Shown piece by piece: positions 54,272 to 64,000 of a stretch of DNA of 64,000 nucleotides (position 1 is the first letter of the stretch; each line of letters starts with the position of its first letter). Source of the stretch: Octopus sinensis. Taxonomy: Eukaryota. Below the pieces are notes generated by a model. It saw nothing but the letters and a program-made list of their open reading frames with translations. It did not search any database and had not been told where the DNA came from. The position numbers and the translations under genes were made by a program. The DNA is taken from contig NC_043001.1 in assembly GCF_006345805.1 (NCBI RefSeq), forward strand, positions 2,728,001-2,792,000, given 5' to 3'.

Positions 54272-54835
54272 AGGCATGGCTGCGTGGTAAGAAGCTTGCT
54301 TCTCAACCACCTGGCTCCAGGTTCAGTTCGTTCTGTGGAGAAACCTTGGGCAAGTGTCTTCTACTATAGCTTTGGACCAACCAAAGCTTTGTGAGTGGAT
54401 TTGGTAGATGGAAATTGAAAGCAGCCCATCATATATATAAACTAATACAATTGTTTGTTTGTATTCCACCTGCCTTCGTCTTTTGTCTATTTTCATAAAG
54501 CTTCCCGTTATATATATATATACATAAGCACATGCACACACACATACATACACACCACACATACACACCCACACACATATATACGCACCACACACACACA
54601 CATATATATGTGTGTATTTATGTGCATGTGTTTGTTCCCCAACACCACTTTACAACTGATATTGATGTGTTTATGTCCCTAAAACATAGTGGTTTGGCAA
54701 AAGAGACTGATAGAATAAGAACTAGGATAACAAAAAATAAGTCCTGGGGTTGATCTCTGTGACTCAAACCTCTTTAAGGTGGTGCTCCAGCATGACCGCA
54801 GTCAAATGACTGAAACAAGTGACAGAATGTAACAG
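54272..54835 (+). mobile_element. SINE family A copy with a repeat fragment in its internal microsatellite
   Basis: Head at 54272; 54440-54510 is the reverse complement of 37033-37100; tail at 54620-54835. Confidence 0.8.
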
Positions 54836-55296
54836 AATATATATAGCTGTGTGTGTGTATATGTGTGTGTTCATGTGTGTGTTTGTGTTTGTGTGTGTGT
54901 ATCTATCACTTAACCCCTCTCCCTTCAATATTTCCTTCTATTAAACCTCTATCTCTTTCCCCTTTGTGCTGCCTGTATATTTATATTAAAAAAACCCATT
55001 CCACTGAAGCTCTCAGTATTCAGGAACCCCACAAACTATCTCCTTTCTTTATGGCTTGTGGTGATTATCTCTTCTTCTATCTCTACTCTCCCTCCCCCCC
55101 CACACCACAAGTGCTGCTTTCCTTATCACTCTTCAATGAATCCATAACTCTCACTCTCTTACCATTAACCATCTTCATGCAATCCACCAGTTTCGCATTA
55201 TCTCGCATCTCTGTTAATCATTCTTTCCATTCATATGTTTCAGCATTTTCCCTCTCACCCCCAATCTCCTCCAATAACCCTTTGTCTCCCTTTTAA

Positions 55297-55334
<38 letters not shown>

Positions 55335-56000
55335 CAGTATGCTGTTTTTACTCAACCTCCTTAACAGCCACCCTTATTTAGCTGACTATCACTCTCTCTT
55401 ACATTCCAGGCTCCTCTATCACCTTCTTGCCCTTCTCCTTCAGGTTTATACTCTTTCACTCTCCCAATCTGGCTCTCTTCACACAAAAAAAAAAAAAACA
55501 GAAGAGCAAAAACAATATCTGGATTGGGGAAATTCCAGAGAGAAGGCCATAAACAAGAATAAACAATGAAGTATAGTGAGGACTGTTTAATTTTATGGCA
55601 GAGACAAGATGTTCTCCCACGACCCTCTGTAGAATTGTTGGTGACAGGGAAATCAGCAAGAGGCAGCGACCCTGGTGAAAGTGGTCTGTGGAAGGAAGAG
55701 TGAGATGTGATCACTGACTCATCCAAAATGGGCAGGGCATTTGAATAAGGAGCTCAGTACTAGGATTTGCCCAACCCATGTCCAGCACAGAAAAGTAATG
55801 TTATAATATATGGGAATATCGGTCTGTCTGACTGTTTGTCAGTCTGTCTGACTGTTTGTCAGTCTGTCTGTCCGTCAGTCTGTCTGTCTGTCTGTCTTTC
55901 TGTCTGTCTGTCAGTATGTCTGTCAGTCTGTCTGTCTGACTGTCAGTCTGTCTATTTAATAAAATGTTTTTTTACTCTTTTTCCTTTACTTGAACTAGCT

Positions 56001-56364
56001 GACCCCAGGACTTATTCTTTGTAAGCCTAGTACTTGTTCTATTGCTCCCTTTTTGCTGAGCCACTAAGTTATGGGGATGTAAACACACCAACACTGGTTG
56101 TCAAGCAATGGTGAATGTGACAAGCACAGACACACAAATACATACATACATGCACACATGCATACACACACACACACCACACACACACACACACACACAT
56201 AAAATGGGCTTCTTCCAGTTTCCATCTACCCAATCCACTCACAAGGCTTTGGTCAGTCCAAGTCTATAGTGGTAGACACTTGCCCAAGGTACCACGCAGT
56301 GGGACTGAACCCAGAACCATGTGGTTGATAAGCAAGCTACTTACTACACAGCCACTCCTTTGCC
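56001..56364 (-). mobile_element. SINE family A copy
   Basis: GACCCCAGGACTTATTCTTTGTAAG tail through CAGCCACTCCTTTGCC head. Confidence 0.87.
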
Positions 56365-56424
56365 TATATATATATGCAATATGTAGTATATAATATGCAG
56401 ATATCTTTTATCTAAAATGAAGAC

Positions 56425-56675
56425 AAAGAAGGAGGAGGAGGGGAGGAGGAGGAGGAGGAGGAGAAGAAGGAGAAGAAGAAGAGAAGAAGAAGAAGAAGAA
56501 GAAGAAGAAGAAGAAGAAGAAGAAGAAGAAGAAGAAGAAGAAGAAGAAGAAGAAGAAGAAGAAGAAGAAGAGAAGAAGAAGAAGAAGAAGGAGAAGAAGA
56601 AGAAGAAAGAAGAAGAAGAGAAGAAGAAGAAGAAGAAGAAGAAGAAGAAGAAGAAGAAGAAGAAGAAGAAGAAGA
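56425..56675. repeat. (GAA/GAG)n purine microsatellite
   Basis: Direct inspection. Confidence 0.96.
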
Positions 56676-59319
56676 GAAATATATTGAGAATAGAAGGAAA
56701 AACATTTGATTGTTTGTTAAATAAAAGAAGGTGAAACGGTGTAGAAGATTCCACCGACAGGAACAGGTTGAAATTCTCTTGCTAAGAAATGTCAGTTCGA
56801 AGATTATTTGCCATTTTCCTCCAAAATATCTTTGAACCAAACAAAACAAATAGATTTAATATGAAATCTGGATTAAGAAGGCAAACTTGAAATAGACAAA
56901 GGATTTTTATTTACAGGGTTTGGTCAATAGGGGCCATTTTCTGGTGCTGCCTGTGTTCTATTATTTCCAAAGTATTCTCTTGACCAGGCTTTCCGTTTCT
57001 TTCAATGATGGCTTTAAATAGACCTTTCTAGCAGAAACAGGAATATTCTTTAGGAATAGGGTTGAATGGTAAAAGGCCTTTTGGTAAAGGTTCCGTACGT
57101 GTTCTGTGTAGAATGCTTGACGGAAAAGAGGGGTCTTTTGTCTTTTATTGCTTCTCACTCATTTGATTGTGGCCATGCTGGAGTGCCACCTTGAAGGGTT
57201 TAATCTAACAAATCAACCTCGGTACTTATTTTTCTGATCTCTCTTTTATTAAACCACTGAGTTACGAGGATGTAAACAAACCAACACAGATTGTCAATCA
57301 GTCCTACAGAACAAATACAACACAAACACAAAGAGACACACACATTATATGCATACATATATATATATATATATATGGACAAGAAAGTAATCTTTTGGAG
57401 GCAGTTTAGCCATGGAAAGATCAGAAAGGTTGGGTGTTTTACCATTTTATGATGGCACAAAGGTGTCGTATAAAAGTAAAACACTCAGTCTGTCTGCTGT
57501 TTCCATGGTTACACTGCATTTGAAATATTCCTTTCGTGTTGTATGAGACAATACACATGTGATGTTTCTAAAAGCAAACAAAAAAGTTTGTTTACATCGG
57601 TTGATACATATGCATGTGTGTGTGTGTGCATGCATGTATAACCACCATCATTACCACCACCACCACCACCACAACCACTGGGTTGGCTAGTTCAACATGA
57701 GCAGACAAGCCAGAGGGCTCCACCAGGTTCCATGTCTGCATTGGTATGATTTCTACAGCTGAAAGCCCTCCCGAATGCCAACCACTTTACAGAGTGTACA
57801 AAGGGTGATTTTTATGTAGGCAAGTAGGGATAGGTTGGACAGTTTAACAGGATCTGGCAAGTTGCAATGCGAAGTCAAATTCCAGTGTCACTTTTGGCAG
57901 GGTTTCTACACCATGATGCCCTTCCTAATGCCAATGATCTTACTGAGAGTACTGGGTGCTTTTTGTTTTTTCCTGACAATGGTGTTAATGTGAATGCCAA
58001 CTTGCAAGATGGGAAAAGAACCCTGCATTATTCAAAGGTGGATGGAGGTAACCTCGATAGAAGGTACAAACGATGGTAACGAGATGCCATGGCATTTCCA
58101 GATACAATAAAAGTGTGATTCAGAAAGTTCCATGATAGTGTAAAATTAACAGTTGGTTAGAGATGGGGGTAGTGAAGAAAATAGGGTGTGATGAACAAGG
58201 ATGGGAGTGCGGCTGATGGGAAATACAATGGAGAGGTTGGTAGTGTGAGAGAGCTAGCATTTCACATGTGGTTATTCAAATTAACCAGTGTGATGGTTGG
58301 ACTTGGGAAACTTGAAGAACAAGATGTACCATGCCTCTTTTTGTAGTCTTAGTAAACACTTTCCTCTTGGCATTAAGTATTGTTTTAACCATCTTTGCCT
58401 GCACTTCTTTTTACACACATATACACACATACCTATACATGCACACACACACACACACATGCACATAAATATATACATACACCTACAAGGATATATCCAC
58501 GTATATTTATATATATATATTCATATATATATTTATAAATATACACATACACACATGCACCACATATATATATATATATTTATACACACACACATATATA
58601 TAAACATACATACATACATACATACATGCATACATACATACATGCATACATACATATGTGTGTGTGTGTAAAAATATACTTATATGTAGTGTAAATAGTG
58701 TAAAATAAACAAAAAATGATAATACTTAAGTATGAAGAATCCCAATTGAAAATTATGGAATTTGATGGGTAAAAGGTGCAAAAACTTCAGAAATGTGTTG
58801 AATAGTTGAGAAAGTCCTGAGGGTTAAAGGATATGAAAGGTAAAAAAAAAAGGAAAAAACAATCAATAAACTGAAAATAATTGAGAAAAGAGAGATAAAA
58901 AGAAAGATTAACGATGATAAATTCCATAGAGAAAATCTGGAAAGTAAATGCTGTGAATACTTTTATGTCTTACACTAAAGTGTGGACACAGCAGACACAA
59001 AGGACACCGAAAATGGAATGACCTGAGGTTTTTACCAATTACTTTTGATTTCCTTTCATATAATCTTTGTGTCTGCCTCCACAATTAGTTTCAGAAAAAG
59101 ATACATTCTAAACTCGTTCTTCCAATGGTCATCAAAGGTATTTAATGTAAATAGAACACTGGGCCTCTGGAAACTGAAATTTTCTTGTCAATAAGAAAAT
59201 AGTTCATACTTATTTTAAAGACCAATGGAGAGGATAATAAACCATGAGAACTGAGATTTGAATTCTGTATCTACATATGCTACTTAGGGTCCCAGAACAA
59301 CAGAACAGCTTGCTTGTAA

Positions 59320-59598
59320 AACAATCAACAGAACAGCTGCTCATAAAATTAATGTGCAAATGGCTGAGCACTCCACAGACACGTATACCCTTAATTTAGT
59401 TTTCAGGGAGATTCAGCATGACACAGAGTGTGACAAGGCTGGCCCTTTGCAATAGAGGTACTACTCATTTTTGCCAGCGGAATGGACTGAAGCAATGTGA
59501 CATAAAATGCCTTGCTCAAGGACACAACGTGTTGCCAGGAACTGAACTCATGACCCTATGATCGTGAGCCGAATGCCCTAACCATTAAGCCACATGCC
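59320..59598 (-). mobile_element. SINE family D copy
   Basis: Reverse complement of 37902-38214 (TTGCTCAAGGACACAA core). Confidence 0.82.
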
Positions 59599-59679
59599 TT
59601 CACCTTTAAAATCTATGATAACCATCAAGTCAAGCTCTCTCCTCAATTCTTTTATTTCTCTTAATAAGTCATTTAAATT

Positions 59680-60280
59680 TTGGCACAAAACCATCAAGTT
59701 TTGTGGTTGGTAAAGTTGATGGCATCCACCCTAGAACTGGACCTTCATTTTATCAAAGCTGAAATGAGGAAAGGCAAATTCGACCATGGCAGTATTTAAC
59801 CATTTAATATTCTTTTCTACTCTAGGCACAAGGCTTGAAATTTTGAGCGAGGGGGCCAGCTGATAAGATTGACCTCCTTGTGCAACTGATACTTAATTTA
59901 TCAATCCTGAAATGATGAAAGGAAAAGTCAATCCTGACAGAATTTGAACTCAGAATGTAAAGACAGATGAAATGCCGCTAAGCATTTTGCCCGGTGTCCT
60001 AACGTTTCTGCCATCTTGCTGCCGTTTTGAACCCTTTAATACTTATTTCTTTACTACCCACAGGTGGATAAATATAGCGGGGACAAACAAGAACAGACAA
60101 AGCGATTAAGTCCATTATATTGAACCCAATGCATAACTGGTACTTACGTTATTGACCCCGAAAGGATAAAATGCAAAGTTGACCTCAGCGGAATTTGAAC
60201 TCAGAATGTAGCAGCAGATGAAATACCACTAAGCATTTCACCCGGAGTGCTAGCGGTTCTGCCAACTCACTGCCTTGTTG
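59680..60280 (-). mobile_element. Three tandem SINE family B copies, the last with the alternative tail
   Basis: GAATTTGAACTCAGAATGTA repeats, two GGCACAA tails and one TATTTCTTTACTACCCAC tail. Confidence 0.82.
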
Positions 60281-60768
60281 ATGATGATGATGACAATATT
60301 GGTGATGATAGTGATGATGAGGGCAAGGAGGGGGAGAATGAATGTTGACAATAGCTATGATGAGGAAACTAAGAAGAGATTAAAATATAGGAAGAAAAGT
60401 AGAAGAGTTTATTGCAATTAAAACAAAAAAGAAAGAAAAAAAGAACTTTCACAACCATGGTTTAATTATCTTCCTGTTTTATGATGATTTTGAAAGTAGA
60501 TTTACGATCGGTGTTGGCCTAGAAATCTTCTGGGAAAGACAGAAAAAGTCTTTGTCGTTCTTAAATGAAAATATATACCAAAGTACATGTCGATGGTTTT
60601 GTATGAAATAACAGAATAATATCAAAGAAAGAATGAATGAATGTAAACAAACCGCAACATAATGGTATGGCACTGGGGTGAGTCTTGGAAAAAATGTGGG
60701 TGCGTGTGCACATGTGAGTGTGGGAGTGTGTGTATGTGTGTGTGTATGCATGTGTTATGTGTACACAG

Positions 60769-60800
<32 letters not shown>

Positions 60801-61598
60801 ATATATGTAATGCAGACGCATGTACACATGCACAAAACGGCACAAAGAAATGCTACAAAACAGGGAAAAAGAGAAAAGGAAAAAAATCTGATTAAAGGTG
60901 TTTCATTTAATGATTAAAAACAATAGAAATAAATAGAAATATAAAAAAATATAAACTTATTCAAAATAAGATTCAATTTATGAAAAGTAATTATGTTCTT
61001 TTACTGTTTTTTATATTTAGTTTTTTTTCCTTTTTGTTTTTGCGTTCAACACAGTGAGTTTAATTTGAACAAACAAGGCCTAAGATTAAAGAGAATTATA
61101 TAGTACAAATAATAATAATAATAATAATAATAATGAGATTTTTAGCTATGGAATTGAGAAGGAGAAACAAAGAATGTGAACAGCAAAAAAGGAAGGAACT
61201 ATTTCGAAATTTGTCACATGATGTTTAGTTTGGAAAATAATTAAAACTGCAAGTTGATTAGGTTAAGCCAATACTTTTAATAAAACAATCAACTTTTTCA
61301 AGTCATTATTCTATCCTTTGTGTCATTTACAGGTAAAAATTGTTTAACTATCATCTCCAGCCTTTTGCAATAATGGTGACGCAATGAAGTGTGGGGAGTG
61401 GGGGGTGAAATATATAAAAAAAATCAACAATATAAAATCAAATCAAGATCAAACGTAATAATTTTGTTTGTTTCCTTTATGTATTCTTGTTATTGTTGTT
61501 GTCGTTCATCTTCTTCTAATCAGCATCATCATCATCATTATCATCACCATCATCATCATCATTATTATTATTATTATTATTATTATATTATTATTATT

Positions 61599-61630
<32 letters not shown>

Positions 61631-63439
61631 TATTATTATTATTATTATTATTACTATTATTATTATTATTATTATTATTATTATCATTATCTTAGTTCTC
61701 ATCACTAAAGCCAGCTCATGATATCCAAAAGATGGGTGGAGGAACCACAATTCAATAAAATTCCTTTGAACAAAGTTTGCTGAATCAGAAAAAAAAACCA
61801 ACCAAACAAACAAAAGAGAATAAAAAATATTGGATGGAATTCTAAAAGCCTGGCAGAGTTGCCAGTCTTTGGTTTCTCTGATATTTGCAGTTGGAATATT
61901 TCACAGTTTAAAGTCAAAGAATTTACTTGTATTTCATTTATAACTCACTAATGAACGATAAGGAGTATTAGGCTCAGATGTTCATCGTGAAGTTTCCAGT
62001 GTGGTTAAGGGGTTTGCCTCGCCAACCACAAGGTTCTGGTTTCAATCCCAGCATGGGAAAGTGATTTCTACTTTAGCCTCAAGGCTGAGCGGGTTTGGGA
62101 AATGGAAATGGTGCACAATGTAAATTGGCTGGCACTAAGAAGAGGAACCAGTTGGAGAAAAGATGCCAAACCAGACATTGGAGAGTGATGCAGTCCTTCG
62201 ATGCATTCAACCCTTTCAAACTCTCTGACCCATGACAACATAGAACATGAATGTTAAATGAGGATGATCTTACACACACACACAAACACACAAACACACA
62301 CATACATTGTCTGATTGGTGCAAATGAGGGTTACTTTCATTCAAGCAGTTTCGTTTATTTCTGATATTCTGAGCATAGAATAATATTACTTAAGCTTGGA
62401 GAAAGACAAGGGTAAGTGGCAGGAAGGGCACCCATCTGCAGAAAATCTTCCTCAATAAATTCCATGAAAGCATGGAAAAGCGAACATCAAAATGATGAAG
62501 TTGATTACGATGATTCTGTTGATGATGACGACGATGATGAAGATAATAATGATAGCAACAATTATGATGATGATGAGGATGGGAGAGGATGACGATGACG
62601 ATGTCAATGACAACGATGATGGCAGTAGTGATGAAGATGATGACGATGACGATGATGATGTACAACTGCAAGAAGAATCGTGTCTTTGAGCAAGGGATGA
62701 AGTTGCTCCCACTGATCCTGAAATTTGGAGTCCCATAAAATAATGAATCAGCAGAGTCATATAGGAGTCAGATGAAGATACCTTGTGGTGTTTTTCTCTG
62801 AGTCTTTGTGTTCTGATTTTGAGCCCCATCAAGACCTACTCTATCTTCTGTCCTTTTGGGGTTGATAAAATAAAGTACCAATTTAGAGTATGGATTGATG
62901 GAATCGTTAGGGTGTCAGAGAGGATGCCATGGGATAAATGTTCTGGTTCTTTGGTTTTTGAGTTCAAATCTTGTAATCATTTTGATTGGTAAATTCATTC
63001 TTTCTACAGGTTTAGCACCCCTACATGACAGTTTGGGGCCTTTAGCAGAGAAATCTACCCATTTGGAAAGCCTCAAGGAAGGCCTCCACTTAGGAATTCC
63101 TCCCCGCTTCTCTCCTTCTCTCTGTCAACAATTTTGGAGGCCCCAGAAGGGTCATAGTGGTTTTGTTCTTCCATCCTGACAAAAATGTTGTGGAGGACAT
63201 TCCAGTTTGGAAGTGATAAACACAAATCATCTTACAGTCCTATATTTAAGAGATGAGGAATTATGTACATTATTTACATTATTTATATTTGACAGATATT
63301 TGTCCTCATCTTGTTTGTTGTTAACCCAATCTTTCGGCTGATATACCCTCCAGCTTTCAGGTAGGTGTCTTGGGGAAATTTCAAACCTGGGTTCTCATTC
63401 ATAAGATATTTTTTGATGTTATTATTATTATTATTATTC

Positions 63440-63510
63440 AGGGCACTGCTTGGAATTGAACTCGGAATCCTGGGTTTAGTAGCCCGTGCTCTTAACCACT
63501 ATGCCATATA
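63440..63510 (-). promoter_or_regulatory. tRNA-derived Pol III internal promoter (left arm)
   Basis: A-box TGGCATAGTGG (63506-63496) and B-box GAGTTCAATTCC (63463-63452). Confidence 0.75.
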
Positions 63511-63712
63511 CCCATGGGCAATTATGGAGTAAATTTTAGTGAATTTAAAATTCACTCCATAATTGCCCACAGGCATATAATGTAGTGGTTAAGAGCATGG
63601 GCTACTAAACCCAAGATTCCAAGTTTGGTTCTAGGCAGTGACCTGAATAATAATAATAATAACATCAAAAAATACATTAGGAATGAGAACACAGGTTCGA
63701 AATTTCCCCCAA

Positions 63713-63758
63713 GACACCTGATGAAGGCTGGAGAGTATATCAGCCGAAAGATTGGGTT
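63713..63758 (+). ncRNA. Type I hammerhead-like motif (right arm), partly degenerate
   Basis: GACAC-CUGAUGA-A-GGCUG(GAGAGUAUAU)CAGCC-GAAA-G-AUU-GGGUU; core and stem II intact, stems I and III mismatched. Confidence 0.6.
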
Positions 63759-63814
63759 AACAACAAACAAGATGAGGACAAATATCCGTCAAATGTAAAT
63801 AATGTAAATAATGT

Positions 63815-64000
63815 TCTTCAATAGTTTAGTGACTGTAGACAGGGTAGCATCAATGATCCTTTTTAGGGCTCTGCAACTGATGAGAGGAAAGTAGCAGCTT
63901 ATATTGCAGAACATGGTCTGAATGTTTATAGCTCAGGATATTTGATCTCCAGCAAGCAGCAGCCATCAGGAAGATGTCTGAACAGAGATGCTTTATATAG
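63815..64000 (+). pseudogene. Possible decayed LINE apurinic endonuclease fragment, interrupted upstream by the palindrome
   Basis: GSINDPF*GSATDERKVAAYIAEHGLNVYSSG resembles the GDFN..HP.WGS..TD.RG..L..FI....L motif of I-group LINE endonucleases. Confidence 0.35.

Larger units (their letters stand above)
63267..63814. mobile_element. 548-bp palindromic element: two head-to-head tRNA-derived units, each with (TAA)n and a hammerhead-like motif
   Basis: Left arm is the reverse complement of the right arm (roughly 85-90% by eye); loop at ~63539-63545. Confidence 0.9.

Noticed and set aside
56905-57060. Exon-like segments on both strands (e.g. KGLFKAIIERNGKPGQENTLEII on minus)
   Set aside because: The splice signals are only moderate, no homolog was recognised and no compatible neighbouring exon was found.
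62895-63179. 94-aa ORF with a strong acceptor at 63008 as a host exon
   Set aside because: It starts in a SINE remnant, has no good donor before the stop and may belong to the decayed LINE flanking the palindrome; it cannot be supported as a gene.
63440-63640. Functional tRNA genes
   Set aside because: A and B boxes are present, but the acceptor stem and cloverleaf are incomplete and run into (TAA)n; these are SINE-type heads. The same holds for SINE A, B and D heads.
63877-63893. CTGATGA-GAG-GAAA motif
   Set aside because: There is no room for stem II and no stem I; it falls in the TDERK codons of the possible endonuclease remnant.

Overview
AT-rich, microsatellite-dense eukaryotic DNA that is mostly intronic or intergenic. 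The repeat families (tRNA-headed SINEs, RTE LINE with (GAT)n tails) point to a coleoid cephalopod, probably Octopus; this is inferred from repeat recognition only. No host gene could be identified; one candidate exon lies on the minus strand at 29087-29288. Supported content: RTE LINE fragments (one with a 283-codon open ORF2 end), three SINE families, a Helitron helicase remnant plus a complete non-autonomous Helitron, a Tc1/mariner remnant, a piggyBac-type MITE, a 4-monomer higher-order satellite, a 67-bp hairpin array and a ~730-bp tandem duplication. The most striking structure is a 548-bp palindrome at 63267-63814. Each arm is a tRNA-derived Pol III unit followed by (TAA)n and a hammerhead-ribozyme-like motif. 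Two more minimal hammerhead motifs from other repeat families lie at 37128 and 44635.
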